Assembly (NCBI GenBank): GCA_051362555.1
Contig: CM120642.1
Location: 10,850,001 to 10,914,000, forward strand
Length of the DNA: 64,000 nucleotides
Origin: Lingula anatina
Lineage: Eukaryota; Animalia; Brachiopoda
Reading direction: 5' to 3'
The notes under the pieces are model-generated. The model worked only from the letters and a program-made list of their open reading frames with translations, made no database searches and was not told the DNA's origin. A program made the translations under genes and the position numbers. Below are positions 26,584 to 41,483 of the stretch, piece by piece. The first letter of the stretch is position 1; each line of letters opens with the position of its first letter.

Positions 26584-28386
26584 GAGGGGCCCTACTTTCT
26601 CCCAGCTTCTTACCATTGTGCCATATACTGGGAAGTCTAATCCGTCCTTTTGGATTATCAAACATTCCATATGTCATCAGGAATTCCCAATATCTTATTT
26701 GCTTTGATTTGATTTTCTTTATTTTGTTAATAATGTATATTGCTTAGAATGCTGCTTAAGAAATGATTTATTTTTCATCTCTTACTTTGGAACTGAACTG
26801 ATGTCAACTGTTGGACACCAATGGAAGGTTTCAATATAAGATTTTTTTACATGTATTATAGTAATGTGCAGTTACATGAAGGTACAATGTTTTGTTTCCA
26901 TTTTCTAGTCATATAATATATTTTGATACAATATCATATGTACTTGGAGGGTTTGAATGTATGTAAAGATTTATTGTCATATATATAGATATCTTAGATT
27001 TTGTATATCTATCTACTAGTAAACGTATTTGAATACGTCTGGAATGATTATTTATAAACAAAGTAATTTAATCATACTAATTCTTAGCATATTAGATGGT
27101 TTCAGGGAAGTTTAATGTCCTAGGTCTGTCTGTGCGTTGTCAACCTAGCTCATGTTGAGAAAAATAGTTAATGAAGCTATCAATAATTGTTATTTAATGT
27201 TAAATAGTCAGATTTATCCATGAGTATAATGCAAAATCTTTTTGCTTCCTGCATGTTGTTTTCACACATTTTGAAGTAATTTTGTGACGGAGGTAAAATT
27301 GTACAACATCTGGATTTTTCAGTGCTTTTGCTGGTCAAAAGTTATTCATATTCTTTATGTTTTGCCTCACTCATTTACGTAAATTATTACTCTAAATATT
27401 TCGCATTGTAGAATTCTTAATTTATAAAATTCTTCTAAAATATAATACTGTCGAAAGTAAAACAAATTATTTCAATATTAATTGCAGTTATATATTGTTG
27501 TGATGCTACTGATTCAGAAGTGATTTATAGTATAAAGAGTAAGTGCAATGATAATATATGATTATTTGTTTTTGACGGTGTACTTCTGTGATGGATCTAA
27601 TAAAAAAAACTGATCATGTGTCGTGCCTTTTAAAATTTAAATATTTTAAAACTCTCCTTTTCAGAAACAAACACATTCAAGCTTTTATAACACCACATTC
27701 TGCAACACACATCCCACACACACTAGTTACAAAGGCTTTTAAAAACTCTACACGTTATTCACATTTGATTACTAAAACGGTCAACACTGAAACTCTTCAT
27801 TGTGGATGAGAGGCACTGAGCACTCTGAGACCTGAGACTCGTTCCATTTTGTCACAAGGGCGTGGCACTAGCGGTAAAATCAATTTGTCCTCTCCCGTCT
27901 TCTGGGCTCCTTGGAATAGCAACTTACTTAAAATTCCAAGTAAAAACAACAGGACAGATTAATTAACTCTATATGTTGCACTGGTCATTCAGTCGTGTCC
28001 CAAACGCCGAACGTTATCAACTAGTATTAGATTTAAAACAACTTTCCTAAAACATTAATAATGCTGATCGCGTAAAATGCCTGACTGATAAAACTTGCAT
28101 GCATATTAGTATGCATAGTCACCATAACAAAAATTGATGGCTAAAAGCTATGTGTACACATTCATTGTTGTGATAAAATCAGGATACATGTTATGTTGTG
28201 ACTGTGATCGCTCGATAAATCTAAAATATACAGAGAACGATCTTAACATCTTATAAACTGTGGAAGAGCATTTTAAAAAATAATACCTTTTTTTTTCGAC
28301 AGTCGAGAGACATTAATAGAGGTGTTTTTGCGATCTAATATGACGACACAAAGTAGCGTTATGTGCCGTCAGGGTATAAGCGCAAG

Positions 28387-28442
28387 TTACGTAAAATTCG
28401 CCTTGCGCCACGTTGACGTCACAACAAAAACTCACGTCACGT
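28387..28442 (+). promoter_or_regulatory. Cluster of bZIP sites upstream of the ASB-like gene
   Basis: ttacgtaa (28387-28394), full CRE tgacgtca (28414-28421) and tcacgtcacgt (~28432-28442), 50-105 bp before ATG 28493. Confidence 0.55.
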
Positions 28443-28492
28443 AAAAAGATCGTTTAATACAAATGTACGTTTGAAGTCATTGTCAATTCAAG

Positions 28493-30018
28493 ATGTCAAC
28501 AGTGTGTATAGGACAGGGGCCGACAGAAAAAAATATTTTCTGTAAACTCAGTGATCACTACGGAAGATGGGGATTCACTTTTCCCGAGAAGACCAAGAAG
28601 ATGACGCGATTTTTGTACGAATATGTACGAGCGCAAGGTACCTACTGTTGTACAGAAGTCAATGAAAAACGCCTAAATAAAGAAACTCTTTGAAGAGTCT
28701 TATTTGTTCTACCCGTACTAATTAATAATTTGAAAACTGTTAGAAATTGATGCAGTGTTGCAAAATCCTCAATAGAAAACACCGGTGCCCTTGAATAGGC
28801 CAAGGCACTTTTTAGTATTAAAAAGCAAACATCAATAACAGCGCGTAATTTTAGAATAAGATTGAAGACGACTCTACAAAGTTTCCTTGATAGGCCTAAT
28901 ACAAGTGTTCAACACCTTAAATTTATTTTCAAGGTAACTATAAGCGCGTGGTAGAGCGACTGGTAGAAGACGGTCTGGATTACTACGACAAGAGTACTTC
29001 TCTACATCCACACGACAACAATGCTAGGAATGCAATATACATGTCGGCCCATCTATGTGAAAAATTTGACATCCAATCATCGGACCTCTTATATAGGCTT
29101 TTTATGACCATACACAAATTCGAGAAATCATTTGAGAAACTCTTTGTCTTCTTGGATCCGCTGATGAGCTTAGATGACGTGCGATCTTGTACGCTGTATT
29201 CTCAAACTTCTAAAGGTACACTGAACGCGGAGAACTGCATTACCACAGAACGGTTAAACATCTTGGAGTATTTTCTACGACAGGCCAACAGAGTCAAGAT
29301 CTCCATTCCCCGGCCCGACTGGGATACTAGCGCCTTCGTGATACGGCATGACCCCTACGTCCGATGGAGCCACACCCTGTTTGCTGAGTGGCTTGACGAA
29401 AACCTTCGATTGGTTGACATTAACATGCCAGGATCGCGCGGGAAAACGCCTCTAATGCTCGCATGCTGCTCAGAGAGTCCTGAGGCTGTTCTGATGCTAC
29501 TTCGCTACGGCGCCAACCCCATGAAGCCTACGTATCCCCGTCACTTCTGGGGCAACGATAATGTGGACCTCCAGTTTTTGACGGGCGCGGCCTCTTACTG
29601 TTACCCACTTCACACGTTAGTGACAAAACTTAACGCTAACGTGTTTTGGAAGACGCACGCTGAGTTTATGGACCCCGCCATTAGAGAAGAAATTTCTAAG
29701 CGACAGAAAGTAAGAGAAGCCCGTCTGATACGTTGCATCGAGTATTTCGCTCGTGCTCTGCTAAGGCTGTCGGTGAGAGTGATAGAGGCGAGGAATTCGC
29801 GTCATCACACGGCGTCGTACCTGGGCGGGTTCTACCTCCACCCCGTCTACAGTGACGCGTTCCTGCGCTCGCGGACGCATGGGCCGGCCGAGCTCCAACA
29901 TATCTGCCGCTTCTACATAAGACAGAGTTTGCATACCAACTTCCAGCTGCCGCAAGGAATTTACTCGCTGCCCCTGCCGACGCGACTAAAGGAGTATGTG
30001 GATTTATTGAGAGACTGA
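28493..30018 (+). CDS. Ankyrin repeat and SOCS box protein (ASB17-like), 2 exons, ~410 aa
   Basis: Exon 1 28493-28637 (CAAG|gtac) joins exon 2 28934-30018 in frame. Ankyrin repeat INMPGSRGKTPLMLACCSESPEAVLMLLRYGANP; C-terminal SOCS box PAELQHICRFYIRQSL...LPQGIYSLPLPTRLKEYVDL. Confidence 0.88.
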
Positions 30019-30960
30019 ACAGCTTTGGGAACGTTGCGAATGAAAAACATACCAAAGCATTGGGCTAGAATCTATCAAGAATCTGGCATTTCGTCGCGTT
30101 ACGCGTTCCACTGTTATTTCACTGGTTTTCCTCTCAATAGAAGAGTAAAGCTTTCAAAGGTAGGAGGACGAGTTCGAATCTTAGAAACAAATGAGATGCA
30201 GATCTTGATATTTATCAGTTCATCGCGCGAATAAATCTGGACAAAGAAAGCTACAAATATATCTTTCAAAAAACTTACTCAACTACACTTAAAACATCTA
30301 TGCGGTTTATTGTAAGTTTACTTACTGTGAACACATAATTCTCAAAGCCGAGAATTTCTTATAAATGTGACCCATAACAATTATGATGGCAGTTTTTAAT
30401 GTGAAAAATGTTCTTCTCATATTATCATGTTTACAAATAAAATAAAGACAATGCGAGGGAATGTTTGTCACGCACTTTCAAAAATCTTTGAAAAATTGTA
30501 AAATTGGTCGGACTTCAAAGACAGATTTAAACTCAATTCTAATCTAAGTGTTTAGAAAAGTATACAATACAAAAAACAAAATTATGCCCACGTTTGACAT
30601 GTGCATTTCATCAAAATGACCACTTCTTGAATATCATAAAAATATCATAAAAACGGATATAACTGTGTATAACAATAAAAAATACCATTCAGATCTTTTC
30701 ATCCAACAAAGCCTTTCTGGCTTGAGATTCAGTTTTTTTTCTTTGGTATCCAACCAGTGAAAATACAAGTACATGGCACGTAAAACAACATTCAAAGACA
30801 TATTCTTCTGACAAAACTACTGACCAAGCTTTGCACTGGACAAGCTATCCTGTATGGCATATAAAACATAATTTCAATGGTTTGTTAACTATACTTAGAA
30901 CTTTTAAACTCAAATGTCTTTGTCACAAAAGCATCATACTGAAATTGTCCTCAACACATA

Positions 30961-31389
30961 GACTGCATTCCCAGAGATTTAGATCGATCCATCCGGATCG
31001 ACCTAACTCCCTGGGGGTTCACGCTAAATTGCTGTCAGCCGAGCGCACACGACAGTTAATTACCCCCTTACAGCTTTTAGTAGACGGGACAGACATTTAA
31101 GCCGGCTAAGCTGACAGTAATCTAGTGAGACTCCCCACGGGGAATGTGGGAATGGGGTCATACACCCCATTTCCATAGATTTTTAGATCGATCTATCCCT
31201 GTGGAGAGTCTCACTAGATTACTGTCAGCTTGGCCGGCTTAAGTGTCTGTCCCGTCTACTAAAAGCTGTAAGGGGGTAATTAACTATGGTGCCTGCTCGG
31301 CTGACTGCAATTTAGCGTGAACCCCCAGGGAGTTAGGTCGATCTAAAACTTAATCTTTAGATCGATCTAAATCTCTAGGAAAGCACCCA
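30961..31389. mobile_element. Two family-A MITE copies in inverted orientation, directly adjacent
   Basis: 30961-31159 is the reverse complement of 31163-31389 (e.g. gctgacagtaatctagtgagactc / gagtctcactagattactgtcagc; agagatttagatcgatc / gatcgatctaaatctct). Confidence 0.92.
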
Positions 31390-31423
31390 TAGTTAAGTAC
31401 TATTTCCCCAAAATGAGACCTAG

Positions 31424-34400
31424 CTAATTCTGTAAACACCAATTATGAGCATTCTGGAACATTCTCAACCATGGTGATGTTGCTGTCGTTCCCTTCCATT
31501 CCTGCGGCATCCAAGGCCATTGCCAGGGCAACACACATCTCTCGGGGTGAGGCATCATGGCAAGATGGCGGCCATCTTCAGAGCAGACAGCACAAGTGCC
31601 ATCTGGTGAGCCATTAGGATTGAGTGGATACTTCATGGTGGGGTTGCCCAAGTCATCCACAAAAGCCATTGGTAATAAATGTTTGGATTTGTGGGAGTCA
31701 TGGATAGAATTGTTTTTGAAGACAAAACGGCCTGAAATAAAAGAGAGGGAATTTGAGAAGTTTTCTGCACGGAATTATACTGCACATATACTATAGTCCT
31801 TGTACAAATTTTGCACTTATTTTTGAAGTTGTCCAAAAATACATTTTTGAAAGTAAAAAATCCACTCAATTTCATCACTTTGGTAATATGATTGAGCACT
31901 AAAGTACATGCCAGATCCATTTCATTTTCTTGGGCTCAATTTGAAAGATTGGTTTAAAAGCCTTACAGCAGATTCCAAGCAACTTTTAATTTTAGTGTTA
32001 CTGTCACTTTACCACAAAGCTTACATGGTTTTTTGAAATTATCATTTAAAAAATATAGAGTTATTCACCTTCCCCATGAGCTATCCATATTCCAATGACT
32101 GAGCCCTCCATGCCCTGTAACATGATGGCTGGGCTGGGCAGGATCTTCACAGTAGGGAAGCGAGACTCATATCTACCAGACTCATTGTGATCCAGGAACA
32201 AACCTTGGTTGTGAGTTTCTTCTGAAATGTGAGCTAGCTATTTTAATAAACATGTATATGAAATGATAACAGATAATTACATCTACATAAGAGACCATGT
32301 AACTAAGCCTAGGCATTAAATTTCATACCCCTTTTACATATTATTTCCATTCACCCATATAACTAAGTCTAGGCATTAAATTTCATACCCCTTTTACATA
32401 TTATTTTCATTCACACATGAAAATTCCATGCCCATACCTTTAAGCTAAAAAAGTTTCAAACATACATACTGTTACCCATACCTGTATAGTCGTCAAGAGG
32501 GGCCACCCAGCCCAGAAGTGCCATCAGCTGGCAGCCATTACACACTCCCAGACTAAATGTGTCAGGTCTGGTCCTGAACGCATCCAACTGGGAGCGCACC
32601 TTGGAGTTGAACAAACATGTCGCTGCCCAACCTAAAAATCAAAAATTTTTAAAGATTTACATCATTTACCTAAACTATTTTATCTCAATAAATGAATTGA
32701 ATGTGCAATTTAAACTAAACACGGTGGAGTTCCACTAATGCATTATCATTTTAATTAATCAATTTATCTATTTCTCATCAACAGATTTCACATTTTCTCT
32801 TATGGGCACTATCTCTTTTACAAATAGGTCACACATAACTTTTTAAAAGCAAATAATCCATCAATTTGTGAAAGAGATCTTTACAACCACATGTAGACAA
32901 AATATATTCTGGCACACAACATTTTAGGACATCTACCTTTAGAAGACCCCAGCACATCTGCGTAACTGAAACCTCCAACGAAAACCACTCCACGAAATTG
33001 TTCCAGAGAGATGGCCCCAGTGCAGAGATCCTGCATATTTACATCCCATACTTCAAATCCTGCCAGATACAGGGCTGCCACCATCTCACGGTCCCCATTA
33101 CTACCCTCTTCTCGTATCACAGCTACCTTAGGTTTCTTGGGCTCTATATAGAGAAAGTTATAATTATCTACCAATGAAATGGTTTTATCTGGCAAAACAT
33201 TTTAAGTCCTATAAACTGGATTCAATTATTTCAATTATGTATGTGCATGTTTAAAACAGTTAAGACATTTACTTTTAAATATTCAAATCTATTAGTGGTA
33301 TATTGGTATTTGAAGTCATATGAAAAGATATGTTTCAACATCAGCAACAACAACAAAAAAATATATCAAAGACAAATTCTTTAGTTTAATGATGCTTTAT
33401 CATAACTAAAAATAATAATTTAAAAAACCTCTTATTTGTGACTATACTTTCTAAATTTACCAGCTTACCCATTCCATCAACAACACCATTGTTCAAAATG
33501 TCTGCTGGCATCTCAGAGGGGTCAAAGGTCAGATGATAAGGTGGTGCTGTTCTGGTCTTAAGTCCCAAGGCTTCCTGCTCCACACACTGTGGGTTAGTTT
33601 GTAAACGCTCCAGGTGGAAACTTGTCTCCTCCCAGATGTCACGCAAGTCAGCCATCTTGTTCTCAAGAACTAACCTGTTGTTGTATTTTACCATTATCTG
33701 AGGGAAATACAAAAAAATAAGAATCAATCAGATGAACTTATAACCTACTCTAATAGAAGAGCAAAATGTTCAGTTATTTCCAATAAAACATACACATACT
33801 ACTGTAACATAAGTATTCATATCTTAAACTATTTTCTAATAAAATTTCAACCAACAAATTTTCTTAGAAAAAAAGAATAAATAAATCATGAAATGGTAAC
33901 TTACGTAATATAACAATATAAGAAAATTATGTTCCTGGTATATATTCATTAAAGACACTAATACCCAAATCAGCTTGCACTATTCTTGTAATGAACAGTG
34001 AGAGAAAAATATTTAATCATCTACTTAAGAGTTCAGATCCATCCTCTACTCTACTCACCTTAGGTTGTGTGCTCTCTCCCAAGGAATGACCAAGTTTATG
34101 ACAAGGAATGTTCTTCTCTCTGTAAGCTGCCACAACTTCTGTTACATTTTTCTCAGAGACTTCCAAAACAAGTCCCAGTTCTTCAGCAAACAAGACATCT
34201 ATGAAAGTGTCTAAAATGAAGAAGAATCATCATGAACATCTGATAACTATATATAATGAACACCATGAAATAAATATGTACATCTGCAGCTTACCTGTGT
34301 CTTCACCAGAGGGTATATCCACATCCAGCCCACAGTTTCCAGCAAAAGCCATCTCCAGCAGACAGGTGACCAGTCCTCCATCGCTGACATCATGACCAGC

Positions 34401-37400
34401 GGTCAGCAGGTGGCCTGGAAGCAGAGTGTAACATGGGCCAGTCGACAATACATACAAGTGTTATGTCTGTCAAAGCAAAATTACTCATTTTTATTTATTA
34501 ACTTGAGCAGCATTTTAGATAAACAGCTCAAGCAAGTTTCAGCTTATACCAAATAACCATTTGGATGGCACAGTGTTCACAAGGCCAAAATTATTTTTAA
34601 AAAACACAAAGAGACAAAAAAATCATTTTAAAAAAATTAAAAAAGAAACAAATTATCAGCCCATGCTTGTTGAACTTGACATGCAAATGGGATCATTAAT
34701 ATAATGGTAACAAAAACATGCACAGCTCTGGCATTGCAGACAAGGCTCAGTTGACAGACATACGTACAGATAAAAATATTTCTTTAAACAGAAATTAAAA
34801 AACTGCAAACTAAATCTTCAGTAAGATACCAAGGCTGCACTTAGTTCCATCCTACCTCTGATAAGCTGCTGTGTTATGTTAAAGGCTTGTGAGAACTGCT
34901 CTGGTTTGTCCAAGTCTGGTGACCTGTCTCCTATCTGTTTATAACACTGGGCTAGGGCACTGCCTCCCAATCTGTGGTGTCCACTACCCATCTCAACATA
35001 TAGGATAACACCTAAAATATACAGAACATAGCAAATGCAACTGTCTTTAACAAATATGCAAAAGAAAAACCAAATGACACCTTATCATCAATGTCCAAAT
35101 TAACATATCAATGTAGAATGGTAAGAAATAGCATGAATACAAACAAAGCCTTAGCTTTCAAATATTTTATATGTTTGAGTATTAAAAACATGTTTTCCCA
35201 GGCTCTTCTAAAGTGTCTCCAAAAACACTTCAAAGCTGTCAAGTCATTCAAAGTAGACATTCCATCAATCTTTCTATTTAGTGTGCTACCTTTTCCTCCT
35301 GGGCACTTCAGATCTGGAGTGACAGTGGCCGAGATGTCTGGACAGCCCACATAGGTTGACACCACCAGGGAACCTGACCAACAGAGAAAAAATGTCTACC
35401 ATACTGACTGTCAAAGGCCATTTTCTCAGCATGAGATGCATATTTTATACTATTCATATATAATTAAAAACTATAATAAACAATTTAGCAGGATTCAGTT
35501 TTTCATAATTCTAATGAGTTTAGCTAGCAAGAGATGTATAAGAATATCAGCCACATGTAGCAAAATTGCATCAAACTGCATATAAGCACTCCATACAAGA
35601 TTGAATGTCACTCGGACTTTAATTATACCACTTGACTTTCTAAATAGCCTACCTGGTGCTTTAACAGTATCTTCCTGCACCCTTGCAGCCATACTGAGTG
35701 AGTCTTTTCCTCCATCCACAGCCACACCCAGTTGCTGCATGACATCACACATAGCTTGGCACGCATCAAACAGTCGGACTCCTTCCCCAGGTAACTTTGC
35801 AGCCCACATCCAGTTTCCACTGCATTTCACATCCTGATGAGTGAGAAGGGTCAATCAAATACATATTTCTTAAATCTTTTGTCAGTTTTATTAAGTGCAC
35901 ACTTTCTTAGAATCCAAACTGAAAAGATACATGTAAAAGTATGTTTTACCTTCAGATCTGTGACTAGAGCAAATACTAAGTTTGTCAGTGCCTCTCCAAC
36001 TGACATCCTAGCTCCACATTTGGGGTCCACCAGTCCTTTGATTGGCTGTTCTCCAATAGCAGTGGCTCCACCAACCTTAAAAGTTAAAATATGGTGTATT
36101 TAGTACAATATCCTTCAAAAACAAAGAAAAAACTGTATAACAATTTAGGTGGATCTTCATGTACTTAACATAAACTATAAGTGACAATGATGATACCTTG
36201 TCAAAATGAGACAGTGCTGTGACGGCCACATCTGCCAGTGGAGTATGAAGTGGACCAACACACTGTTGTTGGGCAACCAGACCTGTCACTGAACGATCAA
36301 CCTAAAACCAAGACAAGAACAAGAGTGGTTAGCGAGCTGTGGTACCCCTCAATTCAAACAAGGAATTTCTGTGAGCAATTTGCAATTTTTTTTCACATCA
36401 TTTTAACTATATTTATAGAAAGTGCCAACTGTGTCATTTGTTACCCACTTTGTTAGTTAGGTATCTCTTGCTGGCCACAGCAGGAAGTCTAAGCACCCTG
36501 TGCAAGGCTTCCATTACTTGTAAGTTATCAGGCAGCTCCAGGGACTCAAGGATGGAGGGAATCCTGGTCAGCTTAAATACCTACAACATTTCCAATAATA
36601 TATCATTTGGTGCTTCCCAACTTTTATCAGTGATTCAAATGCAGTATTTAATAATGTTTCACATTTTCATCAACACAATTTATGTTTAGGGAACAGATGC
36701 ACTATAAGTTAAACCACATGCTCAATGATGCTTATCAATATGTGATGTAATTTCAGGTAAGCCATATTTTAATCTTATTAATTCAAAAACCAGCCTTCAT
36801 ATGTCTGTTATCAATGGTGCCATGATTACCTTCCTTGGCATAGACCCCAGCACATGTTTGAGTTCCAAGTCTACTGGGTACAGACTGTGGTGGTCAGGAC
36901 AGCTCCTTTTAATGTCTGGCTCATCAGACTTGGTGGAATGGGAAAAATTTTCAAGCTTGATCTAAAACATTTGACGGTAAAGTATATTAAGAATATATTT
37001 AATCGGTAAAATTTGTTTATAATGCCAAAATAGATAACACCTACAGAATAAAGAAATTGTGCCTGAAAAGTGAAAAAAAAATCAAATTCTAAAATATACC
37101 ACCAATCTGAAAAAAAAAAACTGCCACTCTTTAATTCTTGGAGATAAAACAAATAACTTTTTGGTATACCACAAAAGGCCACTATGTACACTATGTACAC
37201 TGTGGACACTATGTACTCTGACATGTATCTTTAGTATGAAAGTTTATTTGTAGGATGTCAGAATGAAAGCAGAATGTCCAGTCCTCCTTACCACCCCATC
37301 TCCAGTCACAGTGCCCACAAAGGACACGTCACACTTCTCCCTGCGTCCAATTCTGGCCAGCAGCTCCTTGTCCGTTTCTCGTATCAGAAGGGCGTTGGAT

Positions 37401-39743
37401 TCCTGGTATTCGGCTCCCCACAGCTCCATGATGCTAATAGTGGGATCACCCAGTTTGAAGTCATCTGCTCTGATAATGGCTCCAGCTGGGTCTACTATTT
37501 CTTTCAACACATTACCTTACAAATTAAAGAAAAAATAATTTAAATGACATTTGTTAAGAACTTTCTATCATACTGTAGAGTTTGAAGGTGGTTAATTTTT
37601 TTTTAACTTTACAGTAAAATTTTAGCAATGCAGCAATAAAAGTCTAAAAAATTTCCTCTTTCTAGAGAAAACATTGTGGATACACTTACTTTTACATACT
37701 CCTAACACTTACCATTTCCCCCTGCTCCCTGGTCATGTATACTTCTTATGGGATTCTCCGTGCTTCGTTCTATACATGCCCGTATGACCCTATTGACTTT
37801 CTGTTCCATCTCTGCATCCCCTCTTTGCACAGCACCAAAGTCCAACTCGGATGTGTTGTCACCCTGGACTTGTATGGATGAGGCTGCCCCACCTCCAACA
37901 CCAATACGATACACAGGCCCTCCAACCTTAACAACCTCCATGCCTAGAAATCAATTAATTTTTTTTTACTCTTGAAAAATGGAAACAATATCAAATTCAA
38001 CATTTAATGGTTATAATTTATAAATCTTGACATTTTAAAGTAATAAAAACAGAATGACATGAAGAGATGTATTTACTTTATGATTTGCTTAAAATTATGA
38101 ATGAAACTAAACTTTATACAGTTTATCAGGGTGTTCGCAAACATCTTATTTCAAATCATTTATATGATTCAATAAATTTATCACTGGGGTTCATGTACCA
38201 GGTTTTGCCTCCTCCTTGCTGACATGTATGTGATCCAGACTACCCAATCCTCCACTGAACATGACAGGTTTAATCCACTCCCGTCTCTCACCACCTGGCA
38301 ACATCAGTCCACAGGACCTGGCAAACCCAGCCAGCAGCGGCTCGCCAAACTTGTTCCCATAGTCTGAGGCCCCATTGCTAGCCTCTATGGCAATATGTAA
38401 TGGCTTGGCAAAGTTATTTGGATAGGTGAAGGAGTCATCCTCCCAGGGCTGGGAATAACCTGGGCAAATGATACATATAAAAAAATTAAAATAATTGTAA
38501 CATTACATGTTTCAAAACTGTAGCTTTTGCTATTTTACAGTGTGCAATTATCATCTGTTTACATAACTATATGTAGTAGACTGATAAAAATTCACAAAGG
38601 CAAAACTAAATTTAGAATTTTTTTACTTTTTTATCCACCGAAATTTATGATAATTTTTTTTGTATGTTTACTGCTTAATCCTTATAAATTATCAAAGGTG
38701 TAGACCTGAATATATCTGATATTTTCAGGACTGTATACCATACAATATTTTTTTCATATCTATATCATCTTTCACTCACCTGGTATTCTGAGGTTCCCAA
38801 AGCAGTAACCAGCTGTGCCAGCCACTACATGAGCACCTGTTCCAGTGCTGTGCACGTCCCGGATTCTGCCTCCTGTGCCTGTTGTAGCACCAGGAAAAGG
38901 AGCCACACCTGATGCAAATAAGAAGATATATGTATATGGTTCATATCTTAATAATTATAAATTGCAAGCAGATTTTGTCCTTTGATTACACGTTTTAACA
39001 AGGCAGCAAAGCTGTCAAATGTACAGACAAAAAACAGGAAAAAAAAGATGCAAAATAGGTCAATTTGTCAATTTTTGATGCAATAATAAATAATGCTTAT
39101 AATAGCACAGTCTGTCAACAGTGATTTTTAATCATGCACAACAGGTAACATGGTCAATAACAGGAGCAGATCCAGAGATATTTTCTGACAGTATTCCAAA
39201 GTATCTATGTTGATCCATCCTCCATTTTGATGGTCTTCCAACAGAAAAAAAAATAGATACCAGTCAATATAAACTTAATAACCTGACTGTCTTCCGGAAG
39301 ACCCAGAAGATGGTCTCAATCCCCCTTCAATAAGATTACAGTTTCAGAACCATGAAAGACCAAAGTCACATGATGAAAGTCTCAATATTTGAAAAATGAT
39401 GACAGTGCATAAAATAATATAACATAATGTTTAAAGACATAAAAAACAATACAACTGCTTATGTGGAAATACAGAAAATGAGCAGAGCCTCAGGTGGATG
39501 GAAGTTATAAGTCACAAATGCCAGTGTTTGAGAAAAAAATTAACAAGGCAGCAATTGTTGATTATTATTGATTATTGTCCTCTTTGGCCCACTTCTGACA
39601 GTTCCTGAAAATTTCAGCAAAATCGGTCCATAACTTTTTGAGTTATGTTGATGACAGACAAACAGGGGTGAAAATATAACCTCCTTGGCAGAGGTAAATA
39701 TAATTCCAATGAAGCTGCTATTCAAACTTTTAATCTTTGAGTT

Positions 39744-39803
<60 letters not shown>

Positions 39804-41452
39804 AAAACTTATTTGCAATATTAAACAAAATTTACCTGCATAATTATCACTGCTTCCTTATTATTAATCTAGCAGAGAGCTTTACCTTTGGGAGTTTACA
39901 GGGAAATATCAACAAGTGTGCTTTATGTAACCTCATTTAATGGCCTATCAATTAGGCAAATTACTTTAAAACACTGAAATTAGCTAAGTGATACCCAAGG
40001 GAAATTTACAGACTAACCCTCTCAAAGGTCTTTCAGGCCCATAAGTCACAACTTAAGAAAAGCACAAAACAATAATGCACAAAATAGGAGACTACCAATT
40101 CTGATGCAATAATACATTATCTTTAACTGCACAGTCAACATTAAATTTTAATTTTGCACAACAGGTAACACCGACGAAAGTAAAAGCATAAGGCTTCAGG
40201 CCCATCAGAGTTCAAGTTTATGCTTAGAAAGTGCCAGAATGAGAAAAATGAAAATTTCACACAAAATTGAATAAAATTCAATAATAAATGATAACCCAAT
40301 TTACCTGGCTTTCTAATTTAACTACATGCCAATCCTAAAAATCATACTAATAAGTTAAATATAATAATAAACACAGTTTTCTTTTCATAATGTTTGCAGT
40401 AGCAGTGCAAAAAGATTATTGTCAATTTTGATGTAACATTACATAATAAATTATGTAATAATTATCACCAATTTTTGATTATTGACTATAAATAGCATGG
40501 ACATGTAGCTTCATGTCCATGGGAGCTCCGAGTCCCACAATGAAAATGCCAAAAAGATAATGAATATTTCACTAAAATGTATAACTTCCAGAAAAAGAAG
40601 CCAATTAGACTGCTTTTCCAACTCGGGCTGCATTTTAGTCATGTGTTTCTTTTTTGAAAGTTTGACAATCATAAGTAACACGGTTTTCCCATAATGGTCA
40701 TCATGGCAGCAGCACCAAAAATTGTGTTTTCTTCTATTTTGATGCAACATTACATAATGCTTAACAGCATAATGACCATCAATTTTTAATAATAAAATAT
40801 ATGTGTCATGGATTTTCAGAAAATGTGACTAGTATGGGTCTTCAAGCCCATGGAGGTTCTAAGTTGCACCTTGAATTGACCTGCGTATTATGAATATTCA
40901 TCAGTTCTGTAAGTTTCAAGCCAAAAGGTAAAATGGTTTTCCACTTATCGTGTTATCGGTGCTGCATATATGCTGAAAAAAGTGAAAAAACAGCATAAAT
41001 TCCCTAAAAATGGCCCAATCATGCTGATTTTCGAACTTGATCTGCGTATTATGAATATTCATCAGTTCTGTAAGTTTCAAGTCAAAAGGTAAAATGGTTT
41101 TCCACTTATCGTGTTATCGGTGCTGCATATATGCTGAAAAAAGTGAAAAAACAGCATAAATTCCCTAAAAGTGACCCGATCATGCTGATTTTCGAACTTG
41201 ACCTGCGTATTATGAATATTCATCAGTTCTGCAAGTTTCAAGTCAAAAGGTAAAATGGTTTTCCACTTATCGTGTTATCGGTAAAAGTGCACGGCGACGA
41301 TGGCGATGGCGACGACGGCGACGACAGACGCAGATGACGGCTATATGTACAGTGTACAGACACATCTGTGTCTGTACATAAAAAGTTCAACTGTGGTGGC
41401 ATTTTAAAAGTTGGAGAGAAATATTTGAATATGGCAGTGATAGTATTTGCTG

Positions 41453-41483
<31 letters not shown>

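Noticed and set aside
29696-30055. 119-aa and 64-aa antisense ORFs
   Set aside because: Shadows of the GC-rich ASB-like exon with no recognisable motifs.
40881-41282. Regularly spaced repeats as a CRISPR array
   Set aside because: Entire 161-bp units are repeated with no unique spacers; eukaryotic intron; no cas genes.
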